Origin: a virus
Taxonomy: Duplodnaviria > Caudoviricetes
DNA: 28,563 nucleotides
Virus record (IMG/VR): IMGVR_UViG_3300020431_000026
Location: 1-28,563 of that record
Direction: 5' to 3' (one strand)
Below the pieces are notes generated by a model, which was not told where the DNA came from, searched no databases, and saw only the letters and a list, made by a program, of their open reading frames with translations. The translations under genes were made by a program, and so were the position numbers. Shown one piece after another: positions 1 through 8,865 of this stretch (positions are counted from its first letter, which is position 1; every line of letters begins with the position of its first letter).

Positions 1-255
1 ACAGGAACATTTAGTGGTGCTATATCTGGTACTACAGGAACATTTAGTGGCAATGTTTCTGTTGGTGGTACATTAACTTATGAAGATGTAACCAATGTAG
101 ATTCTATTGGTATTATTACAGCAAGAAATGGTATTGACGTAACTTCTGGTGGAATTAATGTTGTTGGTGTAGTCACTGCGACCACAATACAAGCAACCAC
201 ATATATTGGTATTCCTGAAGGGACTAATATCCTGAAGGCAATGCTCTTCTCCTAA
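1..255 (+). CDS. 3' end of a fibre/stalk protein (5'-truncated by the window)
   Basis: Frame 1 is open from base 1 to TAA at 253-255 and reads TGTFSGNVSVGGTLTYEDVTNVDSIGIITARNG...KAMLFS; the same neck motif occurs in several downstream fibre genes. Confidence 0.85.
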   Translation, partial: TGTFSGAISGTTGTFSGNVSVGGTLTYEDVTNVDSIGIITARNGIDVTSGGINVVGVVTATTIQATTYIGIPEGTNILKAMLFS

Positions 256-267
256 ATAACTAAAAAG
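253..267 (+). promoter_or_regulatory. T4-type late promoter (TAAATAACTAAAAAG)
   Basis: TAAATA core just upstream of ATG 275; the extended motif recurs at 8033, 11284, 14327 and 17490. Confidence 0.75.
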
Positions 268-274
268 AAATAAA

Positions 275-634
275 ATGGCTCTTGCACAGGTAGGATTAGG
301 AAGTATTACACAGGTTGGTGCTGCATCTACTCAGGTAGTTTATACTGTAGGTTCAGCAAAAACTGCATATATTAGAGGAATTCAACTTCACAGTTTAGAT
401 TCTACTTTCATTACTAATGTAGCAGTTCATATCGTTCCTACAACAGGTGGTGGTAGTATTGGAGCAGCATCATCAATTACAAGAATCATAAAAGTTGGAT
501 TAAGCACAGAAGATACCTTTTTCTATGAAAATGCATATCCAATTACAATGAATAATGATGGAGATACTATTCAAGTTAATAATCAGGGAACAGGATCTGT
601 TAATGTTTTAATTCTTGGTGATAGGGAGGGTTGA
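275..634 (+). CDS. Small beta-rich virion/adaptor protein (119 aa)
   Basis: ORF behind a late promoter, between a fibre gene and a Gly-rich gene; function inferred from context. Confidence 0.7.
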   Translation: MALAQVGLGSITQVGAASTQVVYTVGSAKTAYIRGIQLHSLDSTFITNVAVHIVPTTGGGSIGAASSITRIIKVGLSTEDTFFYENAYPITMNNDGDTIQVNNQGTGSVNVLILGDREG

Positions 635-637
635 TAA

Positions 638-1744
638 ATGGCAGGAAAAAGCGCAAAATTTAGACCAAGAGGAGACAATATCTTTGGTCATAATACTTCT
701 GGTAAGAGTAAATCTTTTCATAGTTATGAAGTTTCTAAACCACTTTCAAGTGAAAATGTACTTAGTGGTGGTCAAGTAGAAACAACTAAAATAGATGGAA
801 ATTCTAAACTTGGAATAACTGCATTTAATAGTCCAGGAACTCTTACAATTGAAACTGTAGTTGAAGATTTCACTTTAGAGATTGCCGTTATTGGTGGTGG
901 AGGTGGTGGTGGATCGCAGTATGGTTGGGCTAGCGCTGGTGGAGGTGGAGCTGGTAGTGTTGTCACTAGTTCAATACCAATTACTGGATCTGATGAAGGA
1001 CAAACTTTTACAATTAGTGTTGGTGCAGGTGGTGTTGGAGGTGATACATCTGTTGGTAGTCCTTCAGTGGCAACACCAAGAGGTTCTGATGGATCTAATA
1101 CTACTTTGACCAAACCAGGTAGTTATGGTGGACCAATGACAGGATATGGTGGTGGTGGAGGAGGGTCTACAGCAAGACCTCAAATCTACACCTTCCCAAT
1201 TGGATTCACTCCTGGCAATCCATCAGCCAATGCATCTGGTGGTGGTGGTGCGGCTTATTATCCTGCGTCCGTCGGTGGGAGTGGTGGCACAGCTCCTTCA
1301 CCTGGTGGATATCCTGGAGGTGCTGCAGGATCTTCAGCACCTGGAAATGGTGGTGGTGGCGGAGGCGGCGGTGGTTTTGCTGGTGCTGGTGGTAATGGTC
1401 AAGAAGGAACATCACCCGGTGGACCTGGTGGTGTTCCTGGTATAGGTGGACCTGGTGTACATCTATTTGGTGGAATAGATATACCACAATCTGGTGGAAC
1501 TATTGGAGCATTAAATCCAGCAGCACCTGGAAGATGGGTTGCTGCTGGCGGAGGTGGCACCAATGGTGTTGGAGGGGCTGGTGGTGGAGGCCCTGCTGGT
1601 GCAGGTGGTGGTGGCGCTGATAGCAATGGTTATGCCACTACTGGAAGTGGCGGTAGTGGTGGCGGCGTTGCAGGTACTGCTGATCCAGGTGGTAATGGAG
1701 GCAGCGGTATGGTTGTATTTAAATATCTTAAACGAACTATTTAA
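638..1744 (+). CDS. Glycine-rich putative adhesin/fibre-tip protein (368 aa)
   Basis: Repeated GGGGG(A/S) blocks separated by Pro-containing loops; VIGGGGGGG start and GGSGMVVFKY end, the same layout as the Gly-rich ORFs at 8866 and 15500. Confidence 0.75.
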   Translation: MAGKSAKFRPRGDNIFGHNTSGKSKSFHSYEVSKPLSSENVLSGGQVETTKIDGNSKLGITAFNSPGTLTIETVVEDFTLEIAVIGGGGGGGSQYGWASAGGGGAGSVVTSSIPITGSDEGQTFTISVGAGGVGGDTSVGSPSVATPRGSDGSNTTLTKPGSYGGPMTGYGGGGGGSTARPQIYTFPIGFTPGNPSANASGGGGAAYYPASVGGSGGTAPSPGGYPGGAAGSSAPGNGGGGGGGGGFAGAGGNGQEGTSPGGPGGVPGIGGPGVHLFGGIDIPQSGGTIGALNPAAPGRWVAAGGGGTNGVGGAGGGGPAGAGGGGADSNGYATTGSGGSGGGVAGTADPGGNGGSGMVVFKYLKRTI

Positions 1745-1756
1745 TTAATAAAAATT

Positions 1757-2176
1757 ATGGCCCATTTTGCAAGAGTTAATTCGGATAATCAGGTTATTTA
1801 TATTACACCTGTCAATAATGCCAATCTCCTCAATGAAAATGCTGAGGAAATTGAAAGTCTTGGGATAGATTACTTACTTAAGACACTTCCATCAGATACT
1901 ATTGAAACTTGGCAAGAAACTGATACTTGGGTAAAAACAAGTTATAATGGATCTTTTAGGGGCAAATATGCTGCTTTAGGAGATACTTGGAGAGAAGATT
2001 TGGATGCATTTATTGGACAGAAACCATATCCAAGTTGGATTTTAAATACTAAAAGTGGGAAATGGCAGTCTCCAATAAAAAATGCATTTAAAGAATCTGA
2101 TAGTGAGTTATATTACTGGGATGAAGACGCATACCAAGCAGACAATACTATGGGTTGGGTACTTATAGATTCTTGA
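1757..2176 (+). CDS. Hypothetical phage protein, possible fibre-assembly accessory (139 aa)
   Basis: MAHFA...WVKTSYN..FRGKYA...DAFI..KPYPSW..YYWDE pattern that I recall next to Gly-rich genes in marine phages; Trp-rich. Confidence 0.6.
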   Translation: MAHFARVNSDNQVIYITPVNNANLLNENAEEIESLGIDYLLKTLPSDTIETWQETDTWVKTSYNGSFRGKYAALGDTWREDLDAFIGQKPYPSWILNTKSGKWQSPIKNAFKESDSELYYWDEDAYQADNTMGWVLIDS

Positions 2177-2190
2177 TAGATTGACAAACA

Positions 2191-2204
2191 TAAATAATTA
2201 AAAA
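2191..2204 (+). promoter_or_regulatory. T4-type late promoter (TAAATAATTAAAAA)
   Basis: TAAATA core starting 23 nt upstream of ATG 2214. Confidence 0.7.
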
Positions 2205-2213
2205 TATATTACC

Positions 2214-2918
2214 ATGGCACTTGGTAGACAGATATCATTAACTAATAATGTAGCATCAAGGTTTTTGACGGTTATAGCAACTTCTAGTCAAACTGATTTC
2301 AACATTACTGGTGGATATAATATTAATCATATTGATGTTTTTAGAAATGGTGTAAAACTTTCTAGTGGAATTGATTTTAGAGCATCTGATGGAGCAACTG
2401 TCACTTTAATCACTGCTGCTGCTCTTAATGATGAAATACAGTTTGAATTATTTGATGATTTTAGAGTTGCAAATGCAATTCAACCAAATGTTTCTGATCA
2501 GACAATTAGTGGAAATCTAACTGTTACAGGAACACTTGCTGGAGCTAGTATTGGCATTCAGTCAGGTGGAACACAGGTTGCTATTGCAAAGACACTTAAC
2601 TTTATTGGCGCTGGAAATACATTCCTCAATCAAGGTAATGGAACTGTTGACATCAGTATCTCTGGAGGAGGTGGTGATGGTGGCGCTGGAATAGGCACTG
2701 TTATTAAATATAGTAATAATAAATCAACACCATTCAGTTACATTGATAAATTTGCAAAAGTAGATTCAAATCTACTTATTGACTCTACAAATGCAGGTAT
2801 TAATACATCTATTGTTGTTTCAGTTATACCTAACATTGAGGTTGTATCTGGAGTAGCACTGACTGTTGGAGCTGGGAAGACTATGGTCATTGATGTTCTT
2901 CAGATAGGTGATCTCTGA
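2214..2918 (+). CDS. Virion structural/fibre-anchor protein (234 aa)
   Basis: N-terminal QTDF..Y....IDVFRNGVKL....DF.A.DG.TVTL beta domain; C-terminus (VVSGVALTVGAGKTMVIDVL) resembles that of ORF 14354..14752. Confidence 0.7.
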   Translation: MALGRQISLTNNVASRFLTVIATSSQTDFNITGGYNINHIDVFRNGVKLSSGIDFRASDGATVTLITAAALNDEIQFELFDDFRVANAIQPNVSDQTISGNLTVTGTLAGASIGIQSGGTQVAIAKTLNFIGAGNTFLNQGNGTVDISISGGGGDGGAGIGTVIKYSNNKSTPFSYIDKFAKVDSNLLIDSTNAGINTSIVVSVIPNIEVVSGVALTVGAGKTMVIDVLQIGDL

Positions 2919-4606
2919 TGTCAAAGATAGTTACTAATCAAATAAAACCAAGAGTTGGGAAAAATCTCACTATTGATGGTTCAGTGACGTCTTCTACAGG
3001 AACATTTTCAAGCAATGTTTCTATTGGTGGTACATTAACTTATGATGATATAACTAATGTTCAATCTGCTGGCATAGTCACTGCAAGGACTGGCATTGAT
3101 GTCATCTCTAATGGTATTGATGCTGTTGGTGTTATAACTGCTACTAGTTTTTCTGGTGATGGATCACAACTTACTGGTGTACAATCTGGTGTTGCTAACT
3201 TTGTAGCAAGTGGTACTATTCCTAATGGTCAAACAGTAGTCATCAATACTGATGGAACTGTTGGTATTATTACTCAAACGACCTCTAATACTCCAAGTGC
3301 TGGTAGTGAAGTAGTATTTAATACTGGCACTACTACTGCTTATACTTCAGCAGTATATGACTCTAACAGTGGTAAGGTAGTTATTGCGTATAGGGATGGT
3401 GGTAACTCTCTCTATGGCACAGCAATAGTTGGTACTGTAACTGGAATGGGAATTACTTTTGGTAGTGAAGTAGTTTTTAATGCTGCACAAACTGACAATA
3501 CCAATATTGTATATGACTCTACAAATCAAAAAGTAGTTATTGCTTATAGGGATGGTGGAACTGGATCTGCAAGAGCAATAGTTGGTACTGTTTCTGATAC
3601 TTCTATCACATTTGGTTCTGTTACAGAGTTTAACAATGGAAGCACCAACAGCATCTCAGGAGCGTATGACTCCACTAATGGTAAAGTAGTTTTTGCCTAT
3701 AGGGATATTGGCGATGACAATGGAATGGCAGTAGTTGGAACTGTATCTGGAACTAGTATTAGTTTTGGTACTGAAGTATCATTTAATGATGGAACTGTTC
3801 AATATGTCTCATCCACATTTGACTCTACTAATGGCAAAGTAGTTATTTCTTATCAGGATTTTGAGCACTCTCAACAGGGAAGAGCAGTAGTTGGTACTGT
3901 TTCTGGTACTTCTATCACATTTGGTTCTGATGCAACATTTGATGATGGAGCTGTTCAATTTGTCTCATCCACATTTGACTCTACTAATCAAAAGGTAGTT
4001 ATTGTTTATGCAGATTTAGGTAACTCTAACTATGGGACAGCAATTGTTGGTACTGTAACTGGAACTGGTATTACTTTTGGCAGTGAATGCATATTTAGAA
4101 CTGGAAGTACTCATGAAATCTCATCCACATTTGACTCCACCAATAGTAAAGTGGTTATTGCTTATAATGATTATGATAACTCTCAATATGGCACAGCAAT
4201 AGTTGGTACTGTAACTGGAGTTGGTATTACTTTTAGTCCTGAAGTGGTATATAATACCGCACAAACTAACCACAACTCAACCACATATGACTCTACTAAT
4301 GGCAAAGTAGTTGTTGCTTATTATGATGTTGGTAACTCTGATTATGGCACAGCATGCGTAATTGATTCTATACCTCAAACAACCAACCTAACAACATCAA
4401 ACTTTATTGGAATAGCAGCAGAAGATATTGCTAATGGAGCAACTGGTAAAGTGAACATTTTAGGTGGAGTAAACACAAGTCAAACTGGTCTTACAACAGC
4501 ACAAACACACTATGTTCAACCAAATGGAACTCTTGCTACTACTGCTGGTAATCCATCAGTAGTTGCTGGTACTTCAATTTCATCTACAAACTTAGTATTA
4601 AGGTAA
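2918..4606 (+). CDS. Fibre protein with seven ~52-aa repeats (putative 7-bladed beta-propeller), paralog 1
   Basis: Shared neck motif followed by 7 copies of (Y/F)DSTNxKVVIAYxDxxxxxxGxAxVGTVSGTxIxFG. Confidence 0.8.
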   Translation: MSKIVTNQIKPRVGKNLTIDGSVTSSTGTFSSNVSIGGTLTYDDITNVQSAGIVTARTGIDVISNGIDAVGVITATSFSGDGSQLTGVQSGVANFVASGTIPNGQTVVINTDGTVGIITQTTSNTPSAGSEVVFNTGTTTAYTSAVYDSNSGKVVIAYRDGGNSLYGTAIVGTVTGMGITFGSEVVFNAAQTDNTNIVYDSTNQKVVIAYRDGGTGSARAIVGTVSDTSITFGSVTEFNNGSTNSISGAYDSTNGKVVFAYRDIGDDNGMAVVGTVSGTSISFGTEVSFNDGTVQYVSSTFDSTNGKVVISYQDFEHSQQGRAVVGTVSGTSITFGSDATFDDGAVQFVSSTFDSTNQKVVIVYADLGNSNYGTAIVGTVTGTGITFGSECIFRTGSTHEISSTFDSTNSKVVIAYNDYDNSQYGTAIVGTVTGVGITFSPEVVYNTAQTNHNSTTYDSTNGKVVVAYYDVGNSDYGTACVIDSIPQTTNLTTSNFIGIAAEDIANGATGKVNILGGVNTSQTGLTTAQTHYVQPNGTLATTAGNPSVVAGTSISSTNLVLR

Positions 4607-4615
4607 TTATATCTG

Positions 4616-6307
4616 ATGTCAAAATTAAATGTTAATCAAATATCTTCTTTAAGTGGTGGAAACATTTCTCTTGATGGTCAAGTTACTGGAACCTCTGCCA
4701 GTTTTAGTGGAAATGTTTCTATAGGAGGATCACTTACTTTTGATAAAGTCACAAATGTAGATTCTGTTGGTTTAATTACTGCAAAAAATGGAATTCAAGT
4801 TTTAGCAAATGGCATAAATGCTGTTGGTGTTATAAGTGCAACATCATTTAGTGGTGATGGGTCACAACTTTCTAATATTTCTGGAGGAGGTGAGTTTGAT
4901 TTTGTTGCTAGTGGTACTATTCCTAATGGTGCTGCAGTAGTTGTTAATACTGATGGAACTGTTGGTGTTATTACTCAAACAACTTCTACTGTTCCTACTT
5001 TGGGATCTGAAACTGTGTTTAACAGTGCAGAATCTAACTTCGTCGCATCCGCATATGACTCTACTAATGGTAAAGTAGTTATTGCCTATCAGGATTACCC
5101 CTCCGCCACCAAAGGATTTGCTATTGTTGGTACTGTTTCTGGTACTTCTATCACATTTGGTTCTGCAGTGGAGTTTAATGCTGGACCTACTACATATCTT
5201 TCATGCACATATGACTCCTCTAATAGTAAAGTAGTTATTTCTTATACTGATAATGGTGTTAGTGGTACATCAATTGTAGGCACTGTATCCGGTACTAGTA
5301 TTAGTTTTGGTTCTCCAGTAGTTTTTAATGTTGGAAATACTTCTGATATCTCATCTACATATGACACTACTAATAGCAAAGTAGTTATTGCTTATAGTGA
5401 TAATGCCAATTCTGACAAGGGTACTGCAGTAGTTGGAACTGTATCTGGTACTAGTATTAGTTTTGGTTCTGAAGTGTTTATTGATGGTGGTGCTGCGTCT
5501 AGTAAAACCTCATGTACATACGATTCTGCTAATGGTAAAATACTTGTTAGTTTTCGTGACGATGGTTTCAGTAGTGTCGGCAGAACAGTGGTTGGAACTG
5601 TATCTGGAACTAGTATTACTTTTGGTAGTGACATTTCATTTACTGCGAATGCTGCTACTAGCATCTCATCCACATATGACTCCACTAATGATAAATTAAT
5701 TGTTGCTTATGAGGATGAAGGTAACTCTGATTATGGAACAGTAAATGTTGGAACTGTATCAGGTACTAGCATCACTTGGGGTCCTAATGTTGTTTTTAAT
5801 GCTGGAGATACTTCTGATATCTCATGTACATATGACTCCACTAATGATAAAGTAGTAATTGCTTATAGAAATATTGCTAATTCTAGCTATGGAACACTAC
5901 GAGTTGGTACTGTATCAGGTACCAGTATTGGTTTTGGTTCTACTACTGTGTTTAATACTGGAAATACTATATATACGGCAGCAATATACGACTCTACTAA
6001 TGATAAAGTAGTTATTCCTTATAGGGATGCTAGTAACTCTAACTATGGTACATCAATTGTATTATCTACTCAATCTCAAACAACCAACCTCACTACTGGA
6101 AACTATATTGGTATAGCAAAGAATTCTATTGCAGATGGTGCAACAGGTAAGATAAATATTCCAACGGGAATTAATACATCTCAATCTGGTTTAACAACAG
6201 GTAGAACTTATTATGTTCAACCAAATGGAACACTCTCCACCAGTGCTGATACACCATTAGTAGTTGCTGGTACTTCTATTTCTGATACAGATCTACTAAT
6301 AAAATAA
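4616..6307 (+). CDS. Fibre protein with seven ~52-aa repeats, paralog 2
   Basis: Colinear with 2918..4606; 7 repeats; same N- and C-terminal domains. Confidence 0.8.
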   Translation: MSKLNVNQISSLSGGNISLDGQVTGTSASFSGNVSIGGSLTFDKVTNVDSVGLITAKNGIQVLANGINAVGVISATSFSGDGSQLSNISGGGEFDFVASGTIPNGAAVVVNTDGTVGVITQTTSTVPTLGSETVFNSAESNFVASAYDSTNGKVVIAYQDYPSATKGFAIVGTVSGTSITFGSAVEFNAGPTTYLSCTYDSSNSKVVISYTDNGVSGTSIVGTVSGTSISFGSPVVFNVGNTSDISSTYDTTNSKVVIAYSDNANSDKGTAVVGTVSGTSISFGSEVFIDGGAASSKTSCTYDSANGKILVSFRDDGFSSVGRTVVGTVSGTSITFGSDISFTANAATSISSTYDSTNDKLIVAYEDEGNSDYGTVNVGTVSGTSITWGPNVVFNAGDTSDISCTYDSTNDKVVIAYRNIANSSYGTLRVGTVSGTSIGFGSTTVFNTGNTIYTAAIYDSTNDKVVIPYRDASNSNYGTSIVLSTQSQTTNLTTGNYIGIAKNSIADGATGKINIPTGINTSQSGLTTGRTYYVQPNGTLSTSADTPLVVAGTSISDTDLLIK

Positions 6308-6316
6308 GGCAATTCT

Positions 6317-8023
6317 ATGTCAAGAATAATCACTAATAAAATATCTCCAAAGAGTGGAGATACTGTTGCCTTTACTGGTGGAATCACAGGTTCTTCAATT
6401 AATTTTACTGGTAATGTTTCTATTGGTGGTACATTATCTTATGAAGATGTTGCTGATATTGATTCTGTTGGAGTCATTACAGCAAGAAATGGAATTATAG
6501 TTGAATCAGATGGCATTGATGTTGTTGGAGTTGTAACAGCAACGTCATTTAAGGGAGATGGTTCTGCTCTTAGTGGCATTGAATTAGGAGGAATAGCAGA
6601 CTTTGTAGCAAGTGGTACTATTTCCAATGGTCAAACAGTAATCATCAAAGATGATGGAACTGTTGGTATTGTTACTCAAACAACTTCTGGTCCAAGTGCT
6701 GGTACTGCAGTACAAATTGACTCAGATGCTTACAGCAGCCCATCAGAGATTGCGTGTATATATGACTCTACAAATCAAAAAGTAGTTATTGCTTATAAGG
6801 ATAATGCCAACTCTAGCTATGGTACAGCAATTGTTGGAACTGTAAGTGGAACCAGTATTAGTTTTGGAACTCCTGTTGTATTTGAATCTGCTGGTAGCAT
6901 TGAAATAGCAATAACATATGACTCCACTAATAGTAAAGTAGTTATTTTTTATACGGATGTTGGCAATAGTTACAGTGGAACAGCAATTGTTGGAACTGTA
7001 AGTGGAACTAATATTAGTTTTGGTTCTGCTGTTGTATTTGATTCCGGTTCAAGCAGTCAATATAACAATACAGTATATTACACTTCAGAACAAAAAATAG
7101 TTAATTTTTATAGGGATCAAAGTAATAGCAACTATTTTACATATGTTGTTGGAACTGTAAGTGGAACATCAATTAGTTTCAGTTCTCCTACTGTTCTTTT
7201 AAATGCAGATTTAAGTTCTAACTGGGATACCATATATGACCCTGACACTAATCAAATAGTCCTTGCATTTAGTGAATCATCAAATGGGAAAGCACGGATG
7301 CTAAGTTTATCAGGAAGCACTCTTTCACTGGGCAGTTCTAGTGTATTCAGAAGTGCAGATGTAAGCCATTTCGCACTTTCATATGACACCACCAATAATA
7401 AAGTAGTTATTGCTTTTAGAGGTCCATATGGAGAAGGTGGAAGGGGGGAAGCAGTTGTTGGCACTGTATCCGGAACATCAATTAGTTTTGGCACTCATGT
7501 TGAATATGGACCTTCTACTGAAATTAGTGCAATTGATAATTCATATGACGCCACTAATGATAAAGTAGTTATTTCTTATCAAGACCAAGACAATAATAAC
7601 GGTTCAGTGGTTTCTGGAACTGTGAGTGGAACTAGTATTAGTTTTAGTAGTGCTATTATATTCTACTCTACTGCAAAAATTTATGATAATTCATCCACAT
7701 ATGATAGTAGCAATGGCAAAGTAGTTGCTGTTTATTCTGGAGGATATAATCCATCCTATGTTACAGCATCTGTAATTAGTGCTACATCACAAACAACCAA
7801 TCTTACTACTGAAAACTACATTGGTATTGCAGCAGAAGCAATTTCTAATGGAGCAACAGGTAAAATAAATATTCCTGGTGGAATTAATACAAGTCAAACT
7901 GGATTAACAACAGCACAAACCTATTATGTTCAACCAAATGGCACTATAGACACTTCTGCTGGAAATCCATCAGTAGTTGCTGGTACTTCTATTTCATCTA
8001 CCAATTTGATAGTAAAAAGATAA
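6317..8023 (+). CDS. Fibre protein with seven ~52-aa repeats, paralog 3
   Basis: Colinear with the two previous ORFs; repeats 3 and 4 are more diverged. Confidence 0.8.
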   Translation: MSRIITNKISPKSGDTVAFTGGITGSSINFTGNVSIGGTLSYEDVADIDSVGVITARNGIIVESDGIDVVGVVTATSFKGDGSALSGIELGGIADFVASGTISNGQTVIIKDDGTVGIVTQTTSGPSAGTAVQIDSDAYSSPSEIACIYDSTNQKVVIAYKDNANSSYGTAIVGTVSGTSISFGTPVVFESAGSIEIAITYDSTNSKVVIFYTDVGNSYSGTAIVGTVSGTNISFGSAVVFDSGSSSQYNNTVYYTSEQKIVNFYRDQSNSNYFTYVVGTVSGTSISFSSPTVLLNADLSSNWDTIYDPDTNQIVLAFSESSNGKARMLSLSGSTLSLGSSSVFRSADVSHFALSYDTTNNKVVIAFRGPYGEGGRGEAVVGTVSGTSISFGTHVEYGPSTEISAIDNSYDATNDKVVISYQDQDNNNGSVVSGTVSGTSISFSSAIIFYSTAKIYDNSSTYDSSNGKVVAVYSGGYNPSYVTASVISATSQTTNLTTENYIGIAAEAISNGATGKINIPGGINTSQTGLTTAQTYYVQPNGTIDTSAGNPSVVAGTSISSTNLIVKR

Positions 8024-8032
8024 TCGCTACAT

Positions 8033-8049
8033 TATAAATAACTAAAAAG
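8033..8049 (+). promoter_or_regulatory. T4-type late promoter (TATAAATAACTAAAAAG)
   Basis: Perfect T4 gp55 consensus TATAAATA upstream of ATG 8058. Confidence 0.85.
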
Positions 8050-8057
8050 CAGATAAG

Positions 8058-8858
8058 ATGTCACAGTTATACGTTGACAACATTAAAAATAGAACAGGAG
8101 GTGCAGTTAATGCACCCTCTGGTATTGTTGTATCTGGTGTTGGAACATTCTCTGGTAATGTATCTATTGCTGGCACTTTGACATATGAAGATGTTACTAA
8201 TATTGATTCTGTTGGTATTATAACAGCAAGAGGTGGTATTCATGTAACTGCTGGTGGTATTAATGCTGTTGGTGTTATAACTGCAGGACATGGTATTCAT
8301 GTAACTGCTGGTGGAATTAATGCTGTTGGAGTTGTTACTGCTACTAGTTTCTCTGGTGATGGTTCAAACTTAACTGGTATAGCAGCAACTGATAATATAA
8401 ATGCAGGGAGTTTAGCTGTTGCTGGTATTTCAACTTTCAATGGTGATGCGGAATTCAAAAAATTACTTCAAGAACCGTGCAATATAGTTGCCAGTAATCT
8501 CACATCTTCTCCAAATATTGATTTGGAAAATGGAATGTTCTATTACTTCAGTACCAACGAAACTGGTGTTGGAAAAGCAAATATTAGATATAGTTCTACA
8601 GAAGCACTGATGTCTAAGATGGAAATTGGTGATACTGTATGTGTCACTTTGATGACAAGACCAAATGGTGCAGGATATAATCAAGGTTTAGATATTGATA
8701 GTCAAAATGTAAATGTAGCTTGGTTGGGCGGTGCTCAACCAGTGTCAGCAAATAGTGGTGGATGGGATTTATATACTTACCAAATAATTAAACATTCTGC
8801 TTCTGGAACTTATGCAAATGATACTCATGTCCTTGCTCATGTTACAAACTTTGCGTAG
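8058..8858 (+). CDS. Short fibre/stalk protein with C-terminal adaptor domain (266 aa)
   Basis: MSQLYVDNI start, shared neck motif, and C-terminal W.GG..P......D.Y...I.K...TNFA domain homologous to that of 14788..15492. Confidence 0.75.
   Translation: MSQLYVDNIKNRTGGAVNAPSGIVVSGVGTFSGNVSIAGTLTYEDVTNIDSVGIITARGGIHVTAGGINAVGVITAGHGIHVTAGGINAVGVVTATSFSGDGSNLTGIAATDNINAGSLAVAGISTFNGDAEFKKLLQEPCNIVASNLTSSPNIDLENGMFYYFSTNETGVGKANIRYSSTEALMSKMEIGDTVCVTLMTRPNGAGYNQGLDIDSQNVNVAWLGGAQPVSANSGGWDLYTYQIIKHSASGTYANDTHVLAHVTNFA
8234..8341 (+). repeat. Intragenic 57-bp tandem duplication (GIHVTAGGINAVGV twice)
   Basis: tggtattcatgtaactgctggtgg begins at both 8234 and 8291. Confidence 0.85.
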
Positions 8859-8865
8859 ATGAATT

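Noticed and set aside
632-640. Stop-codon readthrough fusing the 119-aa and 368-aa ORFs, which are in the same frame
   Set aside because: Tandem TGA-TAA stops and an SD-like GGAGG upstream favour independent translation; no evidence of genetic-code reassignment, since all three stop codons end genes
2181-2210. Sigma70 promoter TTGACA-N18-TATATT overlapping the late promoter
   Set aside because: Suboptimal spacing in very AT-rich sequence; possible but not supportable without TSS data
3780-3988. DGR-like signal: the three mismatches between 3780-3832 and 3936-3988 are all at adenines of the first copy
   Set aside because: Only three sites in an A-rich sequence; both copies are coding blades; no reverse transcriptase or non-coding template repeat in the window
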